Source: Spizellomyces punctatus DAOM BR117 (taxonomy: Eukaryota). From it: 64,000 bases of DNA. Positions 28,101-39,262 of the stretch are shown in pieces. The DNA is taken from assembly GCA_000182565.2 (NCBI GenBank), contig KQ257456.1. The stretch is one strand, 5' to 3'. The first letter of the stretch is position 1; the number at the start of each line of letters is the position of its first letter. The notes under the pieces were generated by a model that saw only the letters and a program-made list of their open reading frames with translations, did not search any database and was not told the DNA's origin. A program made the position numbers and the translations under genes.

Positions 28101-30795
28101 CAGAGAACGGCACACAGCAGTAGGATACTTCCTTCGGCCTGATATTCAATTCGCAATGAATCAATTGCGGGGTAGCTTGAAACATGTGAAAAACATACCT
28201 GTAAGGAAAGCTTCGTATCGGCTCACTTAGAGGAGCATCAGACTAATTATGAATTGGTCTTTAGAAAATTCTTACGAAAATGCGGACACATGCGTCGATC
28301 GTGGAGTGGCAGGCCATCTTGAAGGTACTTTGTCGCTGCTGCTAATAAACATCATCTTTATATCTCATTTGCAGTTCTCTTACTACGCCTTGAAAATCCG
28401 ATCTGATCTCCGAGAACTGGGTGCGCATGTGAAGATCCCGATTGTTCGCAAGGTGCTGGCTATACCACGCATTGTCCGCTGTTTAGGCCATGCTCATTTT
28501 TCTTTCAATAGATTAATGAAGTCTTTGTGGTTCAGGAATTGAAAGAAGTCGGGTCATTTGTAAACAAAGCCGTACGTGGACTCTCCAGCACGCTGTGCGT
28601 TATTCTGCATAGTGACATCTAAGATGCTAGGTGGATTTTGATGCATCTGTAAATGAAGGTCGAGTCGTCGTGAAACCCCATGTCGATGATGAACTTGATG
28701 AATTGAAACGAACTTATCATGGATTGGATGATCTTTTGGTATGAGAATGTACGCCTCCTATATGAGTAGCAGGTGCGAATTGATACTGCTATGGGGATAG
28801 TCTCAAGTGGCCCACGAGATCAGCGATACCATCCCAAAAGAATTTTCCACGTCATTGAATGTGATATACTTCCCTCAGGTATACGAGTTAATATCATCAT
28901 ATTAAGTTGCTACACTGCGTTGACGTTCAACACCAGTTAGGGTACCTCATCACGATTCCACTGAAAGAAGGCATGACGGAGAGGGAGGATTTCGTTATTG
29001 AAGGGTTGTCGTTTCAGGTACCTGCTTAAAAGTCAGTTATCATGGGTCCGAAGAACTTAATGGCATTTCCACGTAGTTTTGCACGGCAAACGCAGTGTAC
29101 TATAAGAGGTAAGGGTGTATGTTTTGCGTACTCAAAGGAGGTGCTCTCATTTCTCGCCGTGTTAGTGATCGGATGTTTGGTGAGCAATGGAGTTTCATAA
29201 ACGAGTCTTAAACCAAGCCAACAAAGATCGTTTGTAGAACTTGACGAGAGTATCGGTGACATTCATTCCATGATTGTCGGTACGTTGTACTCTAGTCAAG
29301 AATGTTTGGGTTACGACTGACGTTATGTAGATCGAGAGATTGAAATCATTCAGAGGCTACAGGAAACGGTGCTTGGGTATCGTGCGACACTCATTCAAGT
29401 CGCGAATGTGTGCGCAGAGTTGGACTGGTAGGCGTTCGCGCGTTTCTGGGCGGGGTCGTCAGGTATTGATCTGCACATTTTCCTGTCATTTGCAGTATCT
29501 TGTCGTTCGCTGATGCAGCCAAGAGATACAATTGTACACGACCAGAGATGACTGAGGATAATATCTTTCATGTTGTTAAAGGCAGGTAGGTAAGCTTATT
29601 GGTTTGCATTTCTCTGGACAATAGTGATTGACTTGCCATACAGGCATCCTCTTCAAGAACTTTGTGTGGATGTGTTTGTCGCCAATGACACATCAATGGG
29701 GGAAGCAGACGATCTACCACGAATGATTTTGCTCACCGGTGCGAATTTCTCTGGAAAGTCCGTTTACTTGAAGCAGGTGTGAATGTCATGTCGATATGAA
29801 CCTCCCCGAGTAGCTGCGGATGGACTAATTGCATAACAAGATTGCCCTCATCACGTACATGGCACACATTGGGAGCTTTGTTCCTGCTGAGCGTGCCGTG
29901 ATTAGGTTGACAGACAAGATTTTGACGAGGATACAAACTCGGGAATCTGTCTCTAAGATGCAGAGCACGTTTATGATTGATCTCCAGCAAGTGAGTGTTG
30001 CGTTGCGGAGTTCGACTAGAAGATCTTTGGTGCTTTTGGATGAGTTTGGAAAGGGGACGGATACTGCTGGTATGTTTTTTGATATTCTTGTCGGGTGCGA
30101 TATTTTGTGTCTCGCCGACCTTTATTGCGTAGATGGAATCGGCTTGCTCTGCGGCGTTTTAGACAATTTTGCGAAACGGGACGCGGATTGTCCACACGTT
30201 GTAGCGGCTACTCACTTTCACGGTACGTTTCCAAACCTCTCGCCGTCCCATCAAGCATTTCGTGATTAAACCTTCATAGCAGAAATCTTTACATACAACC
30301 TTCTCACGATCCCGGAACCCTTTTTGTTGGAATGCACCATGGAGATAATGGAGACACGCGGATCAGAGGGGCTCACGTTTTTGTATCAGTACGTTTAAAA
30401 GGGTTGTCGTTTTGTGAGAATGCCATTGTGATCCATATGCGTTGTAGCGTCAAGCCAGGGAGATCCCAGTCGTCATGGGGAGTTCACTGTGCGGCTTTGG
30501 CTGGCATTCCACCGCACATTTTAGAAAGAGGTACATGTTCGTGCTTGTCGTTTTCTTGGTCTCGTATTTTCATGCATATGGCCGCGATTTTCATTATGAT
30601 TTTTTAGGCCAAGAAGCTTCTGATGCTCTGGCCAGAGGGGACCCTATTCGACCGATGGAAACCGATGCTGATAAAGCTCAGTATGCGGCGAGTGTAGAGG
30701 TTGCGCGTGTGTTCAGCGAATTGGATCCGTTGAAGGGGGATCTGGATGAGCTTTGGAAAGTTGTCGATGAGGCGTTGGCGTATTTTGCGATATAA
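25198..30795 (+). CDS. MSH5: MutS homolog 5 (meiotic MutS-gamma subunit), many short exons, with long N-terminal extension
   Basis: GKIGAAYY...LYLMED N-terminal motif, TKTPMGRALLRQWFLRP, GRHPLQELCVDVFVANDT, Walker A LTGANFSGKSVYLKQ, and IALITYMAHIGSFVPA...TRIQTRESVSKMQSTFMIDLQQV...LVLLDEFGKGT typical of MSH5. Confidence 0.9.
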
Positions 30796-31459
30796 AGTGC
30801 TGACGACCTATTGATTAGACCTTTTATGTATTATCGGTGTAAGAGGACCTAATATTCGTTTGTTTATCGTGTATTGAAGGATGGGAGTTCAATCTGAGAT
30901 GTATGTATCCTAGTTTCACTGTTCGGTGATGCTTGAGATGTTGGGAGGTTAATTGATCCAGTTAAGCCAAAACGTAAATAAGAATCGATGGATATCCTTG
31001 CTGCCTTGTCATGCATGTACATTCCAATACACTGCAGAATTCCTTTCCAGGTTAGGGTTTACCCAAACCTACACATCTTTGTTTCGGTTTAGATGCAGAA
31101 AGTTTCCGTAGGAAACTCTTGAACGTGTCGACATACATCTCGGTGTTATCGCTTTAAATAAATAAAGCCATCAACATTGAATATTAAATACTACCCAAGA
31201 TGCATACCACGTTCAAGAGTACTGCACTCCCTATACGCTTGTCGCTACACGTAAACACAGTATGTCCCAAAGTAGACTATATAAAGTTTCGCTAAAAAAC
31301 CGATACTGTTGCGGGAACTCCCTCCTCTCCTCTCCCATCCGCATAGATATTCACATTTGTGCATCCAAACTCACTCTTGTAGCGTAATCGAATAATGCAA
31401 CGTTTTCGCTATATACAGTATACAACCTTACATCGAAACTATACGTCAAAATGATCGGA

Positions 31460-31968
31460 TCATCTTCGAGCTCTCCGCCGAAACACCCACACAACACTCC
31501 CGATAACAGCACACCATAACAAGACGCTTCCGACGATGATTCCTGCTACGGCGCCTGTGGTAAGTCGTGATTCTGTGGTAGATTCCATGGTTGCCGTTGG
31601 GGTTTGGGTTAGGCTGGATGTACGAGTTCCGGTTGGTGTGGATGAGGTTGTTCTGGTTGAGGTGAATATTGGTATGGATGTACCGCCTGTACATGTTGGT
31701 GTGCATGGTGGTTCGGTTGTAAAGTTGCTTAAGGGGATGGTACTTGTCCGATGTCTATGTGTCCACCAATTTTCTTCAATTGGTTGCATGGAGTACCGTT
31801 ATTTTCTTCATGTGAGAATGATGGTGGAAGGGGGAGAGGCTTGAAGTGTTGCGTCATGTTCTCACCAATGTGGTGTTGGCCACGACAGGTTAAAGTAGTT
31901 GTGGGTTGCGCTTGGCTGAAAGACAAAGGGAAAGAAAGGAACATGACACGGTTATTGGGTATTTTCAT
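31460..31968 (-). CDS. Possible small Thr-rich single-pass membrane protein; exon structure unresolved
   Basis: Thr/Ser-rich stalk followed by LTTGAVAGIIVGSVLLWCAVIGSVVWVFRRRARR (TM plus basic stop-transfer). Confidence 0.5.
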
Positions 31969-32109
31969 CGCGTAAAAATGGTTGAATTAGTCTCGTTTGC
32001 CAGCCCCCCCGAGGAGTGGAGTAATATGAGTAGGTAGATACAATAAGAGCCATACATCCAGTATAAAAATGCAACATTTTATTTGTTAGATGATAAAACA
32101 GCCGATTGC

Positions 32110-33270
32110 ATTGGTGTGAGATATCCCTAGGACCTTGCCTGTTCGGCAGTGTTCTTACTAGAAAACGAGATATGATTGACTCATAGGCTAGATTTTGTAT
32201 AGCACCTGTATCGGAGCGGTCAAGGTGCTGGACTGGAAAGTCCAGTTTCGAGAGCCGCGTGAATTCGAATCTCACAGGGTGCGTCTTCAATCATTTCCTG
32301 TTGCTTTTTTGCTGGGGGTTATTCTCAAGCGTTAAGAATCTCCTTTTCAATCTTGTTGCAAATCTCATTCTTGCATACGAGATATTGTCCCATCCCTGCC
32401 TGCACTCTTGGCGGCGTGTTTTTACGTAGGAGTCACTTGTATACTGGATGTCCGGCCGTGTTCCCACTGAAAAGAGATAATGTTACCATTGGTCACATTT
32501 AGTGTAGCACCTAAGGGATGAACAAGCCGATACTGGTTGTACGAGATATTGTTACATCATCCTGCCTACGCTCTTGGCACGTAGGTGCCCGTCCGGCCGT
32601 GTTCAGACTGAAAAGAGATATGGTTTTGCCATTGCTTATATTCGGTGTAGCACCTTTGTCGGAGCGCTTAAGGAATGGTCCAGAAGTCCAGTTTCGAAAG
32701 CTGTGTGAGTTCAGATCTCACAGGGTGTATTGGCGGCTTCCTACAATCACGTTTTGCTTGTGGGTTATTGAAACCGTTAAGCATCACCTTTTCATGTTGC
32801 GAATCTCATTGTAGCATATGAGATATTGTCCCATCGTCCTGTCTACACTCTTCGTGGCGTGTGTTGCCCGTCCGACAGTGTTCATACTGAGAAAGATGTA
32901 TCTATTCGCTCGCGTTGACTTCCGAAAAGCACCTTTGTCGGAAGCGGCTAAGGAGTTGAACTACTGTAAAAATCCAGTTTCTCACAGGGTGCGTGTCCTG
33001 TCTCGAATAGACTTTTTGCTTGTGGGTTATTCTCAAGCGTTGAGAACTTCCTTTTCAATATTCTTGCGAATCTCATTGTTGCATACGAGATCATCCTGCC
33101 CACACTTTTGGCTGTTTAATGTCTTGCTACCTAGTGTGAAAAGGAACACTTGCGCAAACAAGCCCAGTATTACCGGCAATGTTCATACTGAAAAAGACGT
33201 ATGCAGTTGCTCACCGCTGCACTTTCTGTAACACCTCAGTCGGAGCGGTCTAAGGAGCTGGCTGCGAAAC
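32110..33270 (+). repeat. Tandem array 1 of tRNA-Ser-like/linker units (heads at 32202, 32507 truncated, 32650, 32929, 33231 truncated)
   Basis: Repeated GCACCT..GTCGGAGCGGT.AAGG...TCTCACAGGGTG heads and a conserved linker (TTTTGCTTGTGGGTTATT...ATCTCATT...GCATACGAGA...CCTGCC..CACTCTTGGC...GTGTTCATACTGAAAAG), period ~280-305 bp. Confidence 0.9.
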
Positions 33271-33658
33271 AGATTATTGTCCATGACGATAAATTCTTTA
33301 GAGGTCCAATGCAGAGAGGGCCCACTCGACAAGACTCTAAAATGTATCAAACGCGCATGTCATCCAAGACGCCAAAAAACTGTTTACATCCAACTGCGCA
33401 AAAATTGGAATATCACAACCTATCCATTTCCGCACATCCTATTCAACATACGCAGCCAAAACCATGCTATACTTCTAGTTACTCAAATATGCTATACCTT
33501 CTCATTGCATCCCAATCTAAAACATAATTACAAAACTCTTGATGCATTCATATATACCCTACCCGTCCAAACCCATATGTCTTTCAGAAGACCGAACCAC
33601 CATTCAAGGCAAATTGATATGCCGGTACATAGAAAGGAAGAAAGATTGGAGTATTCAT

Positions 33659-33731
33659 ACCCCCGTAGTGTAATGGAGATCACGTTGGACTTCTAATCCA
33701 AAGATTGCGGGTTCGAGTCCCGCCGGGGGTG
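33659..33731 (+). tRNA. tRNA-Arg(UCU)
   Basis: Acceptor ACCCCCG/CGGGGGT, anticodon arm TTGGA-CTTCTAA-TCCAA, T arm GCGGG-TTCGAGT-CCCGC, discriminator G, downstream T7 terminator. Confidence 0.93.
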
Positions 33732-34011
33732 TCTGCCAAGTATTTCCAAAAGTTTTTTTGGGGGGTATGCTTTGTATCAGAAAGTGCTCTCACATGCTCA
33801 AGGATAGGAATCTATATTCGCACACTATATAGCATGGGTCGAGTATGAATGTTAGCTCCATTGGGTTTTGGATGTTGGTCATTAGGGTGTCCCCCAGCCA
33901 GGGACATTCAAAAAGCACTTCGAACATCCTTTGCTGCCATTTTTCATTCATAATCAAAAACCAAGAAGAAATCAAAAAACTATATGCAAATTACAGTAAA
34001 TGCATCAGCCA

Positions 34012-36534
34012 TTACGACAAACCCTCAAACCCGTCAACAACCTCCAAAACCCTTTTTTTACAAACCGGTTTCGTCAAATAATCATTCATACCCACCTCAA
34101 ACGCCCGCGAAATTTGGTCTTGTCGTGCATTTCCACTTAACCCCACAATCGGAACCCTTTTGCAATCTTTTTGTTCACGTTCACGTTGACGAATTTCCAT
34201 TGTACATTCCAATCCTCCCATCCCAGGCATGACTATATCCATAAACACCAAATCGGCTTCCTTATAAACCTCTAATGCTTCAATTCCATTCGACGCAAGC
34301 AAGACCCGGTAAAAAGGCGCCAAGAACCTGTACATGATTTTCTGGTTAAGAATGTTATCTTCTACGACCAACACTGTTTGAATCGAACGAGGGGTATGCA
34401 GGAGGGGTTGTGGCGGTGGAGGTGGTGTGCATTCAGCAGGCGGGCCAGAGAATGTAAACGAAAAGCTACTACCAGCGTGTTTGGTAGACGAGACGGAAAT
34501 GGTTCCGCCCATCAGTTCCACCATGCCTTTGGAGAGGTACAGCCCAAGACCTGAGCCGCCGTAGGTGTCCGGGTGGGTACTAGTCGGTTGAGCAAACCGT
34601 TGAAACAACATGGCAAGTTCCGGTTCTGTTAGGCCGATGCCAGTGTCTTGGACTGTGACGCGGTAGGTGATGGAAGTGGGTGTACGGGAGATGAGGAAGA
34701 GGGAGAGGGTGATGCTGCCTCTTTGGGTGAATTTTATAGCGTTGGCCATGAGATTGATGACGATTTGCGAGAGACGGTGAGGGTCGCCGGTGATGGGGAG
34801 AGAGGAGATGGAGAGGTTAACACGGAGGTCGAGGCCTTGTCGAGTTGCTTGCGCTTCAAACATTTTTGCAACATCTGAAAGCGTTGTTTTTGGGTCAAAG
34901 GGAATAGCGCGGAGAACCAGTTTGCCGAGTTCTAGTTTGGATATATTAAGGACGTCGTCTGTGATGATTTTTTGGTGCGCGACGCATTTGGAGATGGCGT
35001 CGATCGAGTCTTGATCGAGGTCCAGCTGGTGTTGAAGAGTGCGCACATCGTCGAGGGCCAACGGGTTTTTGGCGAGCGTGGTGCGCCGCACTTGAAGGCC
35101 CATTTCAAGGAGCTCTACGTTGCCGCTGATGCCGTTGAGCGGGTTACGGAGTTCATGACATAAGCTGTCGATCCATTGATCTTGGTCCTTTTTGTAGCGT
35201 TCGGCTTCTTCGGCGCGATGGCGCTGGTGCTTTTCAGCGGCATTTCGTGCCTCTAGGCGATCCCTTTCGAGGACTTTGAGAGCGGAAATGTCGAGAATAG
35301 TATGAACGTAGCCGCGGAGGTTCCCGCTTTCGTCACGGTTGGCGGCCGTTTGACCTGCGACCCATACAATGGATCCATCCGCGTGGATAAAGCGATACTC
35401 GTGGTTCCCGGTATCAATGTCAGCGCAAGTGTCGCAGGGGGAAAAGGGCCATGTGGAGAGATCCTTCCGGTCCTCGGGATGAACAGCGTCGACCCATCCA
35501 TTAATGCGAATCTCTGTTCGCGTTCGTCCAACAATTTCGCAGAAGCGGTTATTGATAAAGTAATCGTCCTCATCTCCAAATGCCGTGCCATAAACACCTA
35601 CTGGGAGAATGGACAAGAGAGTCCGATATTGGTCCCGTTCGCGACAGAGGGCTTCTTGAGCATGGTCCGAGAGGAGCTTTAGGGAATTATGGAGGGCTGC
35701 TTCGGCGGCTTTGCGGCGTTCAATCTCATTCTCGAGAGCTTTGGCCTTTTGTTGGAGCTGGGCCACCATGAGGGCCTGGTCGTCGGGTTTATCATGAAGA
35801 TCTGCGTAGCCTTCCGAGGGTGTGACTTTTGAATGGGTATGGCACACCTTGTGAAAGACGTCGCGATGGGACTGGTCGCGGAAATTGTTAAGATTATAAC
35901 CGCAGAGCAGCGTAAACGAGACGAGGTTCTGCAAGCCGTTCCAGAGTTGCTCGAGTTCCACTGCCAATTGATAGTCGCCGCGGGAGGCGAGAATATCTAC
36001 AATCTCTCCATACACATAGACGCGACCATGAAATTGGCGAGACAGACGGCGGGCCAATGTCCCGACAAAGTCGTCGAACTTTGCTGCAGAGATTTGCTTT
36101 TGTTCGCGTTGTTCAAGGACGCCTAGGATTTCATGAGCGTCCAGCAGTGTCAATTGACCACGTCGCTTTCTAGCCTCCAAATCCAAGCCCCTCGCCTGCA
36201 ATCTGTGTTCAATGGCTTCCAGGTGCGATTTTGTGGCAATAATGACAGCGGCTTCACGGGCTATGAGAGCGGGCGCCACGAATCCGACAATGACATTGAA
36301 CAAAAATTCTTCAGTGTCGTAAAACTGGACAATGTGATCATGGTCTTTACAGGCCGAGAGCTTTTGGATGCCTATGGCATCCTCATAGGCCGGTAAACTT
36401 TCGTATTCTGATGATCCTACCGAAGAGGCATCGGAGACTGTGTCCTCGTTTGCCGTGATTGCTTCCGCTCTGACGGGTCGAGCAGTTACAGGGGGAAGGG
36501 CAAAGACAGGCAATGCGTTTTGGCTCTGTGTCAT
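34012..36534 (-). CDS. Intronless hybrid histidine kinase: MEDS sensory domain, PAS, HisKA, HATPase, receiver
   Basis: MEDS-like DHIVQFYD...VYGEIVDIL...LEQLWN...LLCGY. PAS GWVDAVHPEDR...EYRFIHADGSIVWV. H-box LCHELRNPLNG, N-box NLMANAIKFT, G-boxes DTGIG and GGSGLGL. Receiver VLVVEDN...FMDIVMPGMGG...YLTKP. Confidence 0.95.
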   Translation of the reverse strand: MTQSQNALPVFALPPVTARPVRAEAITANEDTVSDASSVGSSEYESLPAYEDAIGIQKLSACKDHDHIVQFYDTEEFLFNVIVGFVAPALIAREAAVIIATKSHLEAIEHRLQARGLDLEARKRRGQLTLLDAHEILGVLEQREQKQISAAKFDDFVGTLARRLSRQFHGRVYVYGEIVDILASRGDYQLAVELEQLWNGLQNLVSFTLLCGYNLNNFRDQSHRDVFHKVCHTHSKVTPSEGYADLHDKPDDQALMVAQLQQKAKALENEIERRKAAEAALHNSLKLLSDHAQEALCRERDQYRTLLSILPVGVYGTAFGDEDDYFINNRFCEIVGRTRTEIRINGWVDAVHPEDRKDLSTWPFSPCDTCADIDTGNHEYRFIHADGSIVWVAGQTAANRDESGNLRGYVHTILDISALKVLERDRLEARNAAEKHQRHRAEEAERYKKDQDQWIDSLCHELRNPLNGISGNVELLEMGLQVRRTTLAKNPLALDDVRTLQHQLDLDQDSIDAISKCVAHQKIITDDVLNISKLELGKLVLRAIPFDPKTTLSDVAKMFEAQATRQGLDLRVNLSISSLPITGDPHRLSQIVINLMANAIKFTQRGSITLSLFLISRTPTSITYRVTVQDTGIGLTEPELAMLFQRFAQPTSTHPDTYGGSGLGLYLSKGMVELMGGTISVSSTKHAGSSFSFTFSGPPAECTPPPPPQPLLHTPRSIQTVLVVEDNILNQKIMYRFLAPFYRVLLASNGIEALEVYKEADLVFMDIVMPGMGGLECTMEIRQREREQKDCKRVPIVGLSGNARQDQISRAFEVGMNDYLTKPVCKKRVLEVVDGFEGLS

Positions 36535-37609
36535 GGCTATCGTCGAGAAAGAATCACTGGCGATTTGAACGCCGCGTTCAAATGAGCAAAGAGACCAAAC
36601 GGATGCTTGTTGTTTTTCTTTACAAGTATCTCGCCAGGACCGAACTCGCGTGTTCCATTCCAATTATTGAACAAAAAGGGCGAAGTTTCGCCGAATGTCC
36701 GGAGGTTCCTCGCGCTTGCGACTATTTCAAATGTTGGCGTACACTCTTGTGATATGGATAGTAAACCTGTAAACCACAATAGCATTTGTAAGCCAGTTTC
36801 ATTTCCAAACACTAAAAATAGAGTACCCTCGCTCCAAAAACGAGCCCATCCTTCAGAACCGAACCCAAGAAGCACCACTGCCACAACGACAATCCACTAG
36901 ACATGCGTCTGGACATTCGCTTCGCACGGCACATGCACAGTCAATGTGCCAGGACATTCCTCCATTTGACCCTCAAACAAAAAGGAAGCCCTCCGCGGTC
37001 AGCTCTTGTCCAGACGCTTGCGTTTGTCCTTGCTTCTCAACAAGACCCATTGCTGATAAAGAGTCCCTTCCGTTCAAAGTCCCCCAACGCCCATATCCTG
37101 AATCCATGAAATGAATAGCTTACCAAGATCCGTTTTATATTCGTATCTCAAAAAAAAAAAAAAGTACCCCCGAAACTATCCGAAAACAAAAACAGAAAAG
37201 TGTGAAAAAGCCGGTGGGACAGAAAAGATGACATCATTTCCCAAAGTGCCATGACCATGGTTAGACAACTGCATTTGTCAGCATATAGTAGCGTCTGAGT
37301 AAGCGAACTCGTATTTACTGGACAAGTGGTTTGCAAACCCGTATAATTGACAATGTCCAATGTACCCGTTTGATCCATATGCCTTCCCTTGATCTGTCAG
37401 ATTTCTCTCGTCGTCGGATTGTGATGCATTACTGTCTGATAATCTCTCCACAGCTGGGAACGTCTTCGCTTCAATCATTGGCCTCAGTGCTGTGAATGGG
37501 TGAAATACGTGCGATACAAGTAACAGTAAGCAGAGTGTGAAATGGAATGTGTATCATTACGACAGAAAGTGTGTGTGTCAAAGGCAAACATTTATGCTCA
37601 CATTGGAAG

Positions 37610-39045
37610 GATATAAGAACAAATCGTCTACTTTGCGCAGCAATTCTAGTCCCATCCCTCCAATCATTAATAACGATTATCGTTCTGACAGTATGTCATA
37701 AGACACGAGCAGTCTATTGGGCAAACAAACAGTAATTGGAGGTGGGAGTGTCTAGTACTTACTCGTATCCACAAGTCATCTCACACGCATCGCATCATCA
37801 TCTCTAGGTTTAAGCTTGGTAGCTGAACCGTAGCATCATTATTGTGACAAACATCTACCGTGACAAACACCGATTGTTAGGAGTTGCAAATGCCTTGAAA
37901 GGACCCATTGAGGATAATTACTAAATATTCAACAGTGGTACTATTCCAAACGATATTGAAGAGTTGAAAATTCATATATTAAGATTGCTACAATACATCC
38001 AATAAATCTATTCTATCCAATGTAATGCATGGGAAGCGGCCGGTCTCTTCGAGTCGAGAATCTAGAGGAATATCAGATGAGAACGACCAAGTGTGTAAAG
38101 AGTAATGCGACCTTACCCGAGTCGGGGTAGCAATGATCTGTGATTAAATCTTCTTCGTCTTGTCCGAGTCTTGAGAAATCTAGAGGAATATGAGATCGGA
38201 CTGTCGAGCAAGTGTGAAAAGAGCAACGCGACCTTACCCGAGTCGGGGGCAGCAATAATCTGTGATTGAATCTTCGTCTTGTCCGAGTCTTGATCCGTCG
38301 CGTCGCAGAAAAAGGTACACTGCTACCGTCACAGAAAGATAGCCGCTCCATCGCTGAAGGAAGTTCCCTCGCGTAACTCTCGCGAAAGGGAGACTGGCCC
38401 CGGAGGTAACTGCATGCAGCCACGCGCTGAGAGAGGGTGGTACACTGCTATCGCCACAGACAGATAGCAGCTCCATCGCTGAAGGAAGTTCCCTCGCGTA
38501 ACTCTCGCGAAATGGGGACTGGCCCCGGAGGTAACTGCATGCAGCCACGCGCTGAGAGAGGGTGGACACTGCTATCGCCACAGACAGATAGCAGCTCCAT
38601 CGCTGAAGGAAGTTCCCTCGCGTAACTCTCGCGAAATGGGGACTGGCCCCGGAGGTAACTGCATACAGCCACGCGCTGAGAGAGGACCACTGCTACCGTC
38701 ACAGACAGATAGCAGCTGCCAAGAGGGATGCCGAACTCGTTGTAAAGAAACGCGTTGGGGGAAAGCGAACACGCACGGTTTATAAAGGACTCGAAGCCAG
38801 GGGTAATGAGCTCTTGAGCAGCCAATCAAATACGCGCATGCGCCATGGCTTATCCAAGGTTGATTAGACCACATATGTACTAATGACTGACATCGACCAA
38901 CACTTACCGTGCGGAGGTCACCATATCCAATGGCAAATGACCAACTTGCTCAAGATGCAATGACAATGGGCATTGTGCTCATACTAGCCTACTCCTATCT
39001 AACCCAATCGGAGTGTCAACTTCTGTACTAAAAGTCATGGTGTTA
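37610..39045 (-). repeat. Hairpin-array element copy 1 (internal ~124-bp x3 tandem array at 38320-38718)
   Basis: Flanks align with 39263-41005 and 49372-50330. Shares the CTGCTACCGTCACAGACAGATAGCAG core and the TATA/CCAAT/GCGCATGCGC block. Confidence 0.85.
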
Positions 39046-39262
39046 GGAACAGCACACAGCGGTTAACACAGCGGTTTGAATTTAATATATTTGTACTGTA
39101 ATTTCTTCCATTGTGGGTTCGTTGTGGTTGCATTCATTCAATGCACTATTTCATAGCAATTGCTAAAGCGGCATGGCCATGCCATCAAACCCGGTTTAAC
39201 GCGTGCGCTGCTGTGTTTCTGCTGTGTACCGGTTATCTGTCCATTCACATACTCGATACTAG

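Noticed and set aside
32202-32283. Calling the array heads functional tRNA genes
   Set aside because: Mismatched or deleted anticodon arms, a poorly paired variable arm and inconsistent anticodons. Reported as tRNA-like instead.
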